Notes: generated by a model not told the origin, from the letters alone. Counted from the first letter of the stretch, positions 30,799-41,717 are shown. The stretch: 64,000 nucleotides of DNA from Alphaproteobacteria bacterium (GCA_965225945.1 CBDDBZ010000038.1:128001-192000); one strand, 5' to 3'. Numbers and translations: made by a program.

Positions 30799-31488
30799 AT
30801 GAACACGACGGCCAGCCCTCTCGACGAAGCGGTGCGACGCCAGATCGATCGGATCAAAATCGATTCGGCGCGCCCGCTCCTGATCACCGATGCCGACGAG
30901 GTGCTGTTGCAGTTCGTCCGCGCGCTGGAAACCCACCTCCTCGGCATCGATCTCTATCTCGACCTGAGTTCATTCGCGCTCACCGGTAACATCAAGCAGC
31001 GGGCCGACGACCGCGCCCTGGAGGCGAGCGAGGTAAAGCGGGTGCTCGCCGATTTCTTCGAGGCGAGGACCGAAACCGTGGCGCCGGTGATGGGCGCGGC
31101 GGAGGCGCTGGCCGAACTCTCCCGCCGGGCGCAAATCGTGGTGCTTTCGAACATGCCCACACACCTCGCCGAGGCGCGGCGCCGGGGCCTGGCACGCCAT
31201 GGCATGGACTATCCAGTGATCGCCAACAGCGGTAAAAAGGGCCCGCCCGTGCGCTACCTGGCGGCGGCGGCGGCGCCGGCCCCGAGCTTCTTCATGGACG
31301 ATATTCCGGGCAATCACGACTCCGTCGCGGCCGAGGCGGGCGAGGTCATTCGGCTGCATTTCGTCGCCGATCCGAGGCTCGCGCGCCTGGTGAAGACCGC
31401 CGAGAGCGCCCATGTCAGAATCGACGATTGGCCGGCCGCGCGCAACTATATCGAACGGCACCTCGACGGGGCCGGCCAGGAGGCGTGA
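30799..31488 (+). CDS. HAD-like conserved hypothetical protein
   Basis: RPLLITDADEVL, N.G.KG, F.DD. Confidence 0.7.
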   Translation: MNTTASPLDEAVRRQIDRIKIDSARPLLITDADEVLLQFVRALETHLLGIDLYLDLSSFALTGNIKQRADDRALEASEVKRVLADFFEARTETVAPVMGAAEALAELSRRAQIVVLSNMPTHLAEARRRGLARHGMDYPVIANSGKKGPPVRYLAAAAAPAPSFFMDDIPGNHDSVAAEAGEVIRLHFVADPRLARLVKTAESAHVRIDDWPAARNYIERHLDGAGQEA

Positions 31489-31492
31489 GGAA

Positions 31493-32410
31493 ATGCGCAT
31501 CGGTGTCGACCTCGGCGGCACGAAGATCGAGGCGATCGCGCTCGGCCCCGACGGCGAGATCCGGGTCCGCGAACGGGTGGCGACGCCGAAGGGCGATTAC
31601 GCCGCCACCATCGCCGCCGTCGCCGCGCTGGTGGAGCGCGTCGCCTCGGCCGGCGGCGCGGGCGCCCTGACCCCCGTGGGCGTGGCGATACCGGGCGCGA
31701 TTTCGCCCGCGACCGGTCTGGTGAAGAACGCCAATTCGATCTGCCTGATCGGCCACGCCTTCGATTCGGACCTGGCGGAAGCGCTCGCCCGCCCGGTGCG
31801 GATGGCCAACGACGCCAACTGCTTCGCCCTCTCCGAGGCGGCGGACGGCGCCGGGCGGGGCGCGTCTTGCGTCTTCGGCGTCATCCTCGGCACCGGTGTC
31901 GGCGGCGGCTTGGTGGTCGACGGGCGGCTGGTCGACGGCGCCAACAGAATCGCCGGGGAATGGGGCCATAATCCGCTGCCCTGGGCCGACGCGGCGGAAT
32001 CGGCGACCGCCTCGCCCTGCTATTGCGGCAAGCGGGGTTGCATCGAGACCTTCCTCTCCGGCCCGGCGCTCTCCCGCGACCATCGAAGCCGCACGGGCCA
32101 GGACCTCGAGGCGGATGAAATCGCCACCAGGGCAGAGGCCGGCGACGGCGAGGCGGTGGCAACGCTCGAGCGCTACGAACGGCGCCTCGCCAAGGCCCTC
32201 GCGGGACTGATCAACGTCGTCGATCCCGCCGTCATCGTCCTCGGCGGCGGTCTCTCCAACCTCGCCCGACTGTATGAGAACGTGCCGCGCCTGTGGGCCG
32301 CGTACGTGTTTTCCGACGAGGTCGCCACGATCCCGCGCCCGGCGCTGCACGGCGATTCGAGCGGTGTTCGGGGCGCGGCCTGGCTCTGGCCCCGGGAGGG
32401 CGCGGCATGA
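31493..32410 (+). CDS. ROK family sugar kinase (Mak/fructokinase-like)
   Basis: IGVDLGGTKIE, ANDANCFA, GEWGHNPL, CYCG..GC.E, GDSSGVRGAA. Confidence 0.9.
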   Translation: MRIGVDLGGTKIEAIALGPDGEIRVRERVATPKGDYAATIAAVAALVERVASAGGAGALTPVGVAIPGAISPATGLVKNANSICLIGHAFDSDLAEALARPVRMANDANCFALSEAADGAGRGASCVFGVILGTGVGGGLVVDGRLVDGANRIAGEWGHNPLPWADAAESATASPCYCGKRGCIETFLSGPALSRDHRSRTGQDLEADEIATRAEAGDGEAVATLERYERRLAKALAGLINVVDPAVIVLGGGLSNLARLYENVPRLWAAYVFSDEVATIPRPALHGDSSGVRGAAWLWPREGAA

Positions 32411-33687
32411 CGGCGATGCCCGCCTTCTGCCGCGACTGCGGCGGCGATGGCGCAGGACGCGAGACGCGCTGCCCCGCTTGCGGCTCGCCTCGCGTCCTCA
32501 GCCACCCGGAGCTCGAAATCTTGGCGATCGCCCATATCGACTGCGACGCCTTCTACGCCTCGGTGGAGAAACGTGACGATCCCGGGCTCCGCGACCGCCC
32601 GGTGATCGTCGGTGGCGGCCGGCGCGGCGTCGTCAGCGCCGCCTGCTACATCGCCCGCACCCGGGGCGTCTATTCGGCGATGCCGATGTTCAAGGCCCTG
32701 TTGGCGTGTCCGGAAGCCAGGGTGATCCGACCGGACATGGCCAAGTATGCGACCGCCGGCCGCGAGATCAGGGCGATCATGCGGGCTTACACGCCACTGG
32801 TCGAGCCGCTGTCGCTCGACGAGGCGTTCCTCGATCTCTCGGGCACGGAGGCGCTGCACGGCAACACGCCGGCGCGCACGCTCTGCGAAATCATTCGCCG
32901 CATCGAGGCCGAGGTCGGCGTTACCGCCTCGGTCGGCCTCAGCTACAACAAGTCGCTCGCCAAGATCGCCTCCGACCTCGACAAACCCCGGGGCTTTGCC
33001 GTGATCGGCCGGGAAGAGGCGACCCGCTTCCTCGCCGAACGGCCGGTGAGCCTGATCTGGGGCGCCGGCAAGGCTCTGCAGCGCCGCCTGGCGCGGGACG
33101 GGATCAGCCGGATCGGCCAACTGCAGAGCCTCGACGAGGCCGGGTTGGTCGCGCTCTACGGCGTGATGGGACGCCGGCTCGCCCAATTCGCCCGAGGCGA
33201 GGATACTCGCGTCGTCAACCCGAGCGCACCCACCAAGAGCCTTTCCGCCGAAACCACCTTCGAGACCGACATCACCGACTTCGCGGCCCTCGATCGGAGG
33301 CTCTGGCGCCTCACCGAGAAGGTCGCGGGCCGACTCAAGCGGGCCGAGCTTTCGGGCCGTACCGTGACCCTCAAGCTCAAGAGCGCCGAGTTTCGCATCC
33401 GCACGCGCGCGACCACCCTGATGGCCCCGACACAGCTCGCCGACGTGATCCATCGCGGTGCTTCCGAGCTCCTGCGCCGCGAGGTGGACGGCACGCCCTA
33501 TCGCTTGATCGGTGTCGGCGTCTCCATGCTGGGGGAAGCGAGCGGCGAGGATCCGATCGACCTCGCCGATCCGGGGTTCGGCCGGCGCGCCAAGGCGGAA
33601 CGGGCCATGGACCAAGTACGCGATCGCTTCGGCGGCGCCGCGATCGTCAAGGGTCGGGGCCTCCCGGCCGGCCCGGTGGAGGGCTGA
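32407..33687 (+). CDS. dinB: DNA polymerase IV
   Basis: HIDCDAFYASVE, SLDEAFLD, LAKIASD..KP. Confidence 0.95.
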   Translation: MTAMPAFCRDCGGDGAGRETRCPACGSPRVLSHPELEILAIAHIDCDAFYASVEKRDDPGLRDRPVIVGGGRRGVVSAACYIARTRGVYSAMPMFKALLACPEARVIRPDMAKYATAGREIRAIMRAYTPLVEPLSLDEAFLDLSGTEALHGNTPARTLCEIIRRIEAEVGVTASVGLSYNKSLAKIASDLDKPRGFAVIGREEATRFLAERPVSLIWGAGKALQRRLARDGISRIGQLQSLDEAGLVALYGVMGRRLAQFARGEDTRVVNPSAPTKSLSAETTFETDITDFAALDRRLWRLTEKVAGRLKRAELSGRTVTLKLKSAEFRIRTRATTLMAPTQLADVIHRGASELLRREVDGTPYRLIGVGVSMLGEASGEDPIDLADPGFGRRAKAERAMDQVRDRFGGAAIVKGRGLPAGPVEG

Positions 33688-33754
33688 GGTGAGGTCCTGA
33701 AACGACGAGTTTCGGGGCGCCTCGCGACGACGGCAACGTGACCGGACGGCGAGG

Positions 33755-34552
33755 TCAGCAGGACGAAGCCGGCAAGACCTCCAGATCCGAAAGCTCGCCC
33801 TTGATGGCGTAGTCTTGGAAGGTCAGGCGAAATCCGGCGGCGACGCCGTTGGCGTAGAGCACGAAGCCGATTTCCTGTTCCGGCGTTCCCTCGGGCACGT
33901 CCTCGCGCGGTTTTACCGGGAAATAGGCGAGGGTCACGGGCCAGGAATATTGACCCTCGACCAGCGGGCGGCCCGAGGCTTCGGGCCCGCGCCGCTCCCC
34001 GAAGACGACGAAGACGTCATAGTGCGAATCTAGACGGCCGCCATCGAACAGCCGGTAGCCCGCCGTCCGCTTGCCCGCCTCCGCATCGCGCAGCACCGAG
34101 ACCATCAACTGCGTGGGAAACAGGGTCGATGGCGGTAGCTCGAGTTCGGATACTTCCGGTTCCTGAAACGCGACCCTGGCACCGCCGGCGGTTCTTGCCG
34201 CCTCGCCGCGCACCGCCTCGAACGTTTTGTGGTTGATGTCGTGACGGGTCGAGAAGCGGAAGCGCTCGCCATCGCGACTCTCCCAACTGGCAACGTTGAT
34301 TTCGTTCAGTATTTTCCTGCCGTTGACGTCGGTCAGGAGCGTCTTCATGTGCTGGCTGGTGACGAAGCCCTCGCACTCCTCCGACCATTCCGTCAGCAGC
34401 TTCCCCTCGAGCTGGGCGATACCGCTACCGGAATTGCTGGTCAGCAAGGTCAATTCGTACCCCGCGCGGTGCGAGAGCAGACGGATATCGGCCGCGCCGG
34501 CCTGGAGGGCCGGAACACAGGCGAACAGTAGCGAGACGAACAGGCGCCACAT
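33755..34552 (-). CDS. DUF1849/EipB family periplasmic protein
   Basis: Signal peptide, L.SHRA.Y.L.L, CEG, SWESRDG.RFRF, LY.NGV, terminal Cys. Confidence 0.75.
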   Translation of the reverse strand: MWRLFVSLLFACVPALQAGAADIRLLSHRAGYELTLLTSNSGSGIAQLEGKLLTEWSEECEGFVTSQHMKTLLTDVNGRKILNEINVASWESRDGERFRFSTRHDINHKTFEAVRGEAARTAGGARVAFQEPEVSELELPPSTLFPTQLMVSVLRDAEAGKRTAGYRLFDGGRLDSHYDVFVVFGERRGPEASGRPLVEGQYSWPVTLAYFPVKPREDVPEGTPEQEIGFVLYANGVAAGFRLTFQDYAIKGELSDLEVLPASSC

Positions 34553-34830
34553 GCCCAATTCTCCTTCTGCCTTGCGACGGCTTCGCGTCGAGGGGCCCCT
34601 CTCGTCGACTCGGTGGGATTGTAACCCTTCCAAGCGCTTTCGACAGGACCGAGTTGGGTAAAATCTTCCCCCCGGCGGGAAAATATCGCCCCGTCGCCGA
34701 CCCGAGAACGAGTCCGGGCGGGTGTTCAAGGCGGGAAACTCCGGAATTTCGCCGCCCCTTTGATGGCACGCCCGTTGCTTGGTGTTCCCCGCGTCGGCGA
34801 AATACCGACAACGAGTTCGCAATCGAAGTC

Positions 34831-36006
34831 ATGAAAGAACCGACCATGGACATTCGACGTTTCCGCTGGGCCTGCAAGCCAATGCCGACGAAGTTGAGCC
34901 GCACGCGGGCCGCGCTCGCCCAAACTTCGCTAACCGGCCTCGAACTCGATCCCTGGGAGATGGCGCGAACGGCGATCGACATGGCGGCGAGCGCGCGCCA
35001 GACGATCCGCCAGCAGCGGTCACGGATCGACGAATTGGAAAACCTGATCATGACGGACGAGCTCACCGGGCTCGCCAATCGCCGGGGTTTCCTCGCCGGG
35101 CTCGATCACGTCCTCGGCTGCGCCGAGCGATATCGCGACGGTGGCGCCCTGGCCTTCCTCGACATCGATGCCTTCAAGCAGATCAACGCTTGCCTATCCG
35201 GTTATCACCCACACCCCTATATGTACGACTCGCGCCAGCGATCCGGCTAATTCTTGGTTCTGAAAACCGAACCGGAGTTTAATTCACGTCACGTACTTAA
35301 ATCGGGGGACGGAACGGTGGCGACCAAGGGAAAAACGGACCCACGGCCAGACGGGAAGCTGCTGATGAAACGACATCGTCTGAGCGATTGACGGCACTAG
35401 TCGCGACTTGGCGCGCACGAATCGTTCGAAGAACCCGTCCGCGCCGGCGCGTTTTGAGTCGCAGCGAAGACGAAGCGACACGCAAGAACGCCAATCGCCG
35501 TATTGGGTTTCCTCCGCCGGGCTCGATCACGTCCTCGGCTGCGCCGAGCGATATCGCGACGGTGGCGCCCTGGCCTTCCTCGACATCGATGCCTACATAT
35601 AGTGGGTGTCAAGCAGATCAACGACACCCACGGCCACGCCAGCGGGGACTCCGTCCTGCGCAAGGTCGGCGAGGTGCTGATCGCCAATACGCGCGGCAGC
35701 GACGTCGTCTCCCGCTTCGGCGGCGACGAGTTCGCCGTGCTTCTGTTCCGCCTCGGGCGGCGCGCAGCGATGGCCCGGGTCGAGCAGCTCAACGGCATGC
35801 TGAACAGCACCGTCGCCCGGCACGGGCCGACGGAGATACCGATCCGCGTAAGTTTCGGCGCGGTGCCGTTCGGCCCCGATGACGACGCCGAAGATCTTCT
35901 GCGCCGGGCCGATTCGGCGATGTATCGTGAAAAGCTGTCGGCGGCCGGGCCGCGCCTGGTGGCCGGTTACGAAACCTCGCCGTCCGAGCTGAGCAGCGCA
36001 CCGTAA
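34831..36006 (+). pseudogene. Diguanylate cyclase (GGDEF), interrupted
   Basis: DELTGLANRR and DID.FKQIN in the 5' half; INDTHGH.SGD and RFGGDEF in the 3' half; insert from 35189 starts with an IS1595 end and includes a duplicated segment. Confidence 0.82.
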
Positions 36007-36848
36007 AGTTCGGGGCGTCGATCGCGAAACAATCCCCAGGAATCGCGCGCCCGTGCGATCGCCGCCAGATCGAGGCGATACAGCACGATCTCGTCGACCG
36101 AAGCGCCGAGATCGGCGACGATTTGGCCGGTCTCGTCGGTGATGAAGGACCGTCCGTAAAAGCTGATCTCGCTCTCGCCGCCGCGCTCCGTGCCGATCCG
36201 GTTGGCGGCAGCCACCGGTATCAGGTTGGCGGCGGCGTGGCCCTGCATCACACGGCGCCAATGGTCGCGGCTGTCGAGCGCCGGGGCCTGAGGTTCCGAG
36301 CCGATCGCGCTCGGGTAGAGTAGGATTTCGGCACCCTTCAACGCCATGGCGCGCGCCGCCTCCGGGAACCATTGATCCCAGCAGATCGCGACGCCGATCC
36401 GGCCGACGACCGTGTCCCAGACGCGAAAGCCGCTGTCGCCGGGGTTGAAGTGATACTTCTCCCGGTAGCCGGGGCCGTCGGGAATGTGGGACTTGCGATA
36501 GAGGCCGAGCGCGGCGCCGTCGGCATCGAAGACCATCACCGCGTTGTAGCGAGCCATGTTGGCGCGCTCGAAGAAGCTGATCGGCAGCACCACGCCCAAC
36601 TCCGCGGCCAGCGCGCCGAAGCGCTCCAGCGTCGGATGATCGGCGACGGGCGCCGCCAGTTCCAGGTTCTCCGGGATCTGGTCCTGCGGGAAGTAGGGCG
36701 TCTCGAAGAATTCCTGCAGCAAGACCAAACGGGCCCCCTCGCCCGCCGCGCGCCGCACCAGCGTCTCCGCCCGGTCCAGATTGTCGGCGCGATCGCTCCC
36801 GCAGCGCATCTGCGCCACCGCCATGACCAGCTCGCGCTCGGCTCTCAT
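35967..36848 (-). CDS. aguB: N-carbamoylputrescine amidase
   Basis: YRKSHIPDGPGY.EK, ICWDQWFPE, AIGSEP, MQGHAAAN. Confidence 0.92.
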   Translation of the reverse strand: MRAERELVMAVAQMRCGSDRADNLDRAETLVRRAAGEGARLVLLQEFFETPYFPQDQIPENLELAAPVADHPTLERFGALAAELGVVLPISFFERANMARYNAVMVFDADGAALGLYRKSHIPDGPGYREKYHFNPGDSGFRVWDTVVGRIGVAICWDQWFPEAARAMALKGAEILLYPSAIGSEPQAPALDSRDHWRRVMQGHAAANLIPVAAANRIGTERGGESEISFYGRSFITDETGQIVADLGASVDEIVLYRLDLAAIARARDSWGLFRDRRPELYGALLSSDGEVS

Positions 36849-37882
36849 GGCCGGGCCTCGCCGCCCGCCGGTTCCTGCAACGTGATGCAGTGGAGCCCGC
36901 CACCGCCGCCGACGATTTCGGCGCAAGACAGTTGGACCACGTCGCGGGTCGGAAACTGCTCGGCGAGGATAGCGCGCGCGTGATCGTCCATCGGATCGCC
37001 GAAGCTCGGCACGAAGACCGCACTGTTGGCGACGAAGAAGTTCGCGTAGCTCATCGCCAGCATGCCGGATTGGCCGCGTCTCGGCGCCGGCAGGGGCAAT
37101 TCGACGACGTCCAATCGACCTCCGCCGCCCGAGGACGTGCTCCGCAGGACCTCCAGATTCTCCTCCAGCCGTGCCCGATTGGGGTCGTCATCGGCAGAGG
37201 CGGCGGCGGCGACCACGCGGCCGGGCGAAACAAAACGGGCGACGTTGTCGACATGTCCGTCGGTCTCGTCGTCGACCAGGCCGTACGGCAGCCAGATGAT
37301 CCGCCCGACGCCGAGATAGAGCGCCAGGCGTTCCTCCACCTGGCGGCGATCGAGCGTCGGGTTGCGGTTGGCATTGAGGATCGAGGGTTCCGTCGCCAGC
37401 AGTAGACCGGCCCCGTCGACGTCGATGGCGCCGCCTTCCAGAACCATCGGCCCATCGTATCGCGGCAGCTCCAGTGCCTCCAGCATGGCATCGGCGAGGC
37501 GCGCGTCGGCGTCGTGGGGATGATGGCGGTTGCCCCAGCCGTTGAAGCGCCAAGCGACGCCGGCGCAGCCACCGGAATCATCGGCGAGAAAGGTCGGTCC
37601 GGTATCGCGGGTCCAGGAATCGTCGATCTCGGCCTGACGAACCTCGACCTTTCGGCCGAGCTGCAGGCGCGCCGTCGCCTCGAGCGCTTCCGGCACCAGC
37701 ATGACCACCGGTTCCGCCTCGGCGATGGTCCGCGCCACCCGGGCATAAGCGCGACAGGCCGCGTCGAACCCCGCCCCCCAAAGCGAAAGACGGCAGGGCC
37801 AGGCCATCCAGCAGCGCGCGTGCGGCGCCCATTCCGGCGGCATCCGGTAACCGTCCATCGCCGGCAGGCGCTCGTCCATCAT
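36845..37882 (-). CDS. aguA: Agmatine deiminase
   Basis: MPPEW.PH, DDSWTRDTGP, LEGG, DETDGHVDN, GGGGLHCIT.Q.P. Confidence 0.92.
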   Translation of the reverse strand: MMDERLPAMDGYRMPPEWAPHARCWMAWPCRLSLWGAGFDAACRAYARVARTIAEAEPVVMLVPEALEATARLQLGRKVEVRQAEIDDSWTRDTGPTFLADDSGGCAGVAWRFNGWGNRHHPHDADARLADAMLEALELPRYDGPMVLEGGAIDVDGAGLLLATEPSILNANRNPTLDRRQVEERLALYLGVGRIIWLPYGLVDDETDGHVDNVARFVSPGRVVAAAASADDDPNRARLEENLEVLRSTSSGGGGRLDVVELPLPAPRRGQSGMLAMSYANFFVANSAVFVPSFGDPMDDHARAILAEQFPTRDVVQLSCAEIVGGGGGLHCITLQEPAGGEARP

Positions 37883-38049
37883 TCCGTCCCCGCCCCCGAT
37901 CGACCCCTCGGATCGCCTGGGAGCATAGGCGAAGCACGCCCCGGCGACGAGAGGCCCGGGGTCTGCCCGAGGTCTGACGATTTCACTTGTCGGGCCGGCC
38001 GGCGGCGATATCATCCGGGCGCGATCGAGGTGCAACAGGGGAGAAAACC

Positions 38050-38508
38050 ATGGCCGGCAAGATCGACGCGCGGCTCGCCGAACTCGGGATCGACTTGCCG
38101 GATGCCCCGGCACCGGCCGCCAATTACGTGCCCTTCGTGGTCAGCGGCGCCACGGTCTACATCGCCGGACAGTTGCCTTTCCTCGACGGCGGCCTGAAAC
38201 ACAACGACCGGGTCGGCGAGACCTATTCGGTCGCGGAAGCGAAGGCGGCCGCGCGGCTCTGCGGCCTCAACATCCTGGCGCAGCTCCGCAATGCCTGCGA
38301 CGGCGATCTCGATCGCGTGGTCCGCTGCTGCAAGCTCGGCGGCTTCGTCGACGGCTTCGCCGGCCAACCGGAGGTGGTGAACGGCGCCTCGGACTTGATG
38401 GTCGAGGTGCTGGGCGAGGCGGGACGGCACGCGCGCTTCGCCGTCGGCGTCAACGCGCTGCCCCGCAACGTGCCGGTCGAGGTCGACGCGATCTTCGAGA
38501 TTTTCTAA
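38050..38508 (+). CDS. RidA/YjgF family protein
   Basis: PAANYVP, V.NGASDL, GRHARFAVGV..LP. Confidence 0.9.
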   Translation: MAGKIDARLAELGIDLPDAPAPAANYVPFVVSGATVYIAGQLPFLDGGLKHNDRVGETYSVAEAKAAARLCGLNILAQLRNACDGDLDRVVRCCKLGGFVDGFAGQPEVVNGASDLMVEVLGEAGRHARFAVGVNALPRNVPVEVDAIFEIF

Positions 38509-38511
38509 GGC

Positions 38512-39282
38512 ATGATCCGCGCGCCCGGCATCGGCCGGCCAACCGCTTCCCCGCCGGCATGGCTCGTCGAGCGGCCGATCGCACACCGCGGCCTGCATGA
38601 TGCCCGTCGCGCCATCCCCGAGAATACGCTGGCCGCATTTCGGGCGGCGATTCGCGCTGGCCATCCGATCGAACTCGACACCCGGCTCTCGGCCGACGGC
38701 CGGGCGATGGTGTTCCACGATTGCGAACTCGAACGCCTGACCGATCTGGCCGGACCCGTGGTGGCGCGGACGGCGGCGGAGTTGGGCCAAGTCCGGGTGC
38801 TCGGCACCGTGGAGCGGATCCCGACCCTGGACGAGGTCCTCGATCTGGTCGCCGGGCGGGTCCCGCTGCTGATCGAACTCAAAATCTGGACGGCCGACAT
38901 CGGCGCCTTGGGCTCGGAGGTCCGAGGCCATCTGCGAGACTACGAGGGGGCGGTGGCGGTGCAGTCCTTCAACCCGCTCAGCCTCGCCTGGTTCCGCCGC
39001 CTGGCACCGGAATATGCGCGCGGCCAGATCTCCGGCGACTTTCGACGCTATGACATCGACCAGCCGGCGTGGCGGGGCGTGATGCTCGGGCGGATGCAAT
39101 CGACTCGGGAAAGCGCGCCGGACTTCATCGGCTACGACGTCCGCGACCTGCCGTCGGCCGTGGCCGCCCGGGCGCGGCGGCGCGGACTGCCGGTGCTCGC
39201 CTGGACGGTCCGAAACCGTCGCGAGCTCGCCCGCGCGCGCCATCACGCGGACGGGGTCATCTTCGAGCGGATCAGGCCCTGA
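38512..39282 (+). CDS. Glycerophosphodiester phosphodiesterase
   Basis: IAHRGLH, PENTL.AF, IELD, VFHD, LIELK. Confidence 0.88.
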   Translation: MIRAPGIGRPTASPPAWLVERPIAHRGLHDARRAIPENTLAAFRAAIRAGHPIELDTRLSADGRAMVFHDCELERLTDLAGPVVARTAAELGQVRVLGTVERIPTLDEVLDLVAGRVPLLIELKIWTADIGALGSEVRGHLRDYEGAVAVQSFNPLSLAWFRRLAPEYARGQISGDFRRYDIDQPAWRGVMLGRMQSTRESAPDFIGYDVRDLPSAVAARARRRGLPVLAWTVRNRRELARARHHADGVIFERIRP

Positions 39283-39368
39283 ATATCCCTAAATATCGCC
39301 GCCATCGACAACCGGGGCCCTCCGCGCCATGCTTGGCGCCATGACTAGCCGTTGCTCGGAAGTGCTTC

Positions 39369-40574
39369 ATGGGTGACATCGAGCCCGAAACCATCACCGT
39401 ACGCGTCGCCCGCAAGCTCGCCGATATTCCGGCCGCCGAATGGGATGCCTGCGCCGGCGACGATAACCCCTTCGTCTCGCACGCCTTTCTGGAAGCGCTG
39501 GAGAGTTCCGGCTGCGTTCGCGCCAAGACCGGTTGGGCGCCCTATCACGTGGCTGTGGAGGACGACCGGGAGCGTCTGCTGGGCTGCGTGCCGCTCTACC
39601 TCAAGGGTCATAGCCAAGGCGAGTTCGTCTTCGACTACGGCTGGGCCGACGCCTATGAGCGAGCCGGCGGTCGATATTACCCGAAGCTGCTCTCCGCCGT
39701 GCCCTTCACGCCGGTCACCGGGCCACGCCTGCTGGTCCGCCCCGGCCTCGACCGGGAGATGATGTACGACCGGCTGATCGCCGGTTGCGTCGCCGTCGCC
39801 CGCCAGCTCGAGATCTCGACCCTCCACGTCAACTTCTCGACCGAGGCGGAGTGGCGCCGCATGGGAGCCTTCGGACTGTTGCAGCGTACCGACCAGCAGT
39901 TCCACTGGCTGAACGACGGTTACGACACTTTCGACGACTTCCTCGAGTCGCTCTCCTCGCGCAAACGCAAGACCATCCGCCGCGAACGGCGCGCCGTCGC
40001 CGAGAGCGGGATCGAGATCGAGGTCGTCTCCGGCCCCGACATCCGGGAGCAGCACTGGGAGGCCTTCTATCGCTTCTACATGGATACCGGCTCGCGCAAG
40101 TGGGGCCGGCCCTATCTGAACCTCCGCTTCTTCAAGCTGCTGGGCGAGCGGATGGCCGACCGCGTGGCTCTGGTGATGTGCCGCAACGACGGGCGCTGGA
40201 TCGCCGGCGCGCTCAATTTGATGGGCCGCGACACGCTCTACGGGCGCTATTGGGGCTGCATCGAGGATCACCGCTTCCTGCACTTCGAGACCTGCTATTA
40301 TCAGGCAATCGAGCACGCCATCCGCCTCGGGCTGAAACGCGTGGAGGCAGGCGCGCAAGGGCCGCACAAGATCGCCCGTGGCTATCTGCCGGTGCGTGTC
40401 TACAGCGCCCACTGGATCGCCGAGAAGCGGTTCCGCGACGCGGTGGAGGACTATCTGCGGCACGAGCGGCGAGAGATCGACCACAGTATCGAGCACCTGG
40501 CCGAGTTCGCCCCCTTCCGCAAGGGCGGCGAGGATCGGCCGAGCGATCGAGCAGGAGAAGGCCAAGGAAGATGA
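39369..40574 (+). CDS. GNAT/FemAB-like (DUF482) protein
   Basis: HSQGEFVFD.GWA, YYPKL, PFTPVTG, LYGRYWG, HFETCYYQ, EAGAQG.HK. Confidence 0.9.
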   Translation: MGDIEPETITVRVARKLADIPAAEWDACAGDDNPFVSHAFLEALESSGCVRAKTGWAPYHVAVEDDRERLLGCVPLYLKGHSQGEFVFDYGWADAYERAGGRYYPKLLSAVPFTPVTGPRLLVRPGLDREMMYDRLIAGCVAVARQLEISTLHVNFSTEAEWRRMGAFGLLQRTDQQFHWLNDGYDTFDDFLESLSSRKRKTIRRERRAVAESGIEIEVVSGPDIREQHWEAFYRFYMDTGSRKWGRPYLNLRFFKLLGERMADRVALVMCRNDGRWIAGALNLMGRDTLYGRYWGCIEDHRFLHFETCYYQAIEHAIRLGLKRVEAGAQGPHKIARGYLPVRVYSAHWIAEKRFRDAVEDYLRHERREIDHSIEHLAEFAPFRKGGEDRPSDRAGEGQGR

Positions 40575-41611
40575 GCCTGTTTTACGACAACGCGCCGAGC
40601 GACATGGCGGCGGCGCTTCGGCGCCTCCCGGTGATCGAGCTGGCCGATGTCTTCGCGGGTGAGGCTGAGGCCCTGGAGCACGCGGCCGAGGAGATCCGCG
40701 CGGCTTGCGAGGAGGTCGGCTTCTTCTACATCCGGGGCCACGGCGTGGCGGAAGCGGTGATCGAGGAGGCTTTCGCGCAATCCCGTCGATTTCACGCCCT
40801 GCCGTTGGCGGAAAAACAGCCCCTGGCGCTGGACCAGAACAACATCGGCTACCTGGGGATGAACACCAGCATGCAGGCCCATTCCGCCGTGCACGAGGCG
40901 ACCAAGCCGAACCAGAACGAATCCTTCTTCGTGACCCACGACCGGGCGCCTGGCCATCCCGATGTCGTCGCCGGCACGCCCTTCCGCGGCCCGAACCAAT
41001 GGCCCGACGACCTGCCGGAATTCCGCGAAGGCGTGATGGCCTATTTCGAAGGCCTGAACGCTCTCGGCCAGCGCATGCTGGCGCTCTTCGCCCACGCGCT
41101 GCGCCTGCCGGCGGATGGCTTCGAGGCCGACTTCGAGGACGAGAACCACGCGACGCTCCGCCTGCTGCACTATCCCCCGACCGAGGGGGAGGACAACGAC
41201 TTCGGCACCGGGCCGCACACCGACAACAGCTTCTTCACGATCCTGGCGCGGGCCGAGGTGCCGGGCCTGGCGATCCGGCTGCCCGAGGGCGATTGGCTGC
41301 CACCGCCGCTGATCGAGGGGACCTTCCTCGTCAACATCGGCAACATGATGCGGCGGATGTCGAACGACCGATTCCACTCGACGCCGCACGGCGTCATCGT
41401 CGAGGGCGCGAAGGACCGCTACTCCATCGCCTATTTCCACAGCCCGCATGCGTATTCGATGATCCGCGTGCTTCCCTCGTGCATCGACGCGGAGACCCCG
41501 GCTAAGTATCCCCCGGTCCGCTATGCCGACCTGATCCGCGAGTTTTACAGCGTCAACTACTTCCACCAGAAAACCCACGGCGAGGCCGGTGTCCGCAATC
41601 GCTACGCGTGA
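40571..41611 (+). CDS. 2OG-Fe(II) dioxygenase, isopenicillin N synthase family
   Basis: GFFYI.GHG, PNQWP, LRLLHYP, HTD, HSTPH, RYS. Confidence 0.9.
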   Translation: MSLFYDNAPSDMAAALRRLPVIELADVFAGEAEALEHAAEEIRAACEEVGFFYIRGHGVAEAVIEEAFAQSRRFHALPLAEKQPLALDQNNIGYLGMNTSMQAHSAVHEATKPNQNESFFVTHDRAPGHPDVVAGTPFRGPNQWPDDLPEFREGVMAYFEGLNALGQRMLALFAHALRLPADGFEADFEDENHATLRLLHYPPTEGEDNDFGTGPHTDNSFFTILARAEVPGLAIRLPEGDWLPPPLIEGTFLVNIGNMMRRMSNDRFHSTPHGVIVEGAKDRYSIAYFHSPHAYSMIRVLPSCIDAETPAKYPPVRYADLIREFYSVNYFHQKTHGEAGVRNRYA

Positions 41612-41717
41612 GGGTGCGATGCCGGCGCATGGATCTCGGCATTTGCGGCGCGCGAGATCGCGGCCGCGTCCGGTAGCGGTCACGCGGGAGGCAAATCGCA
41701 CGTGGCGGCGAACCGAT

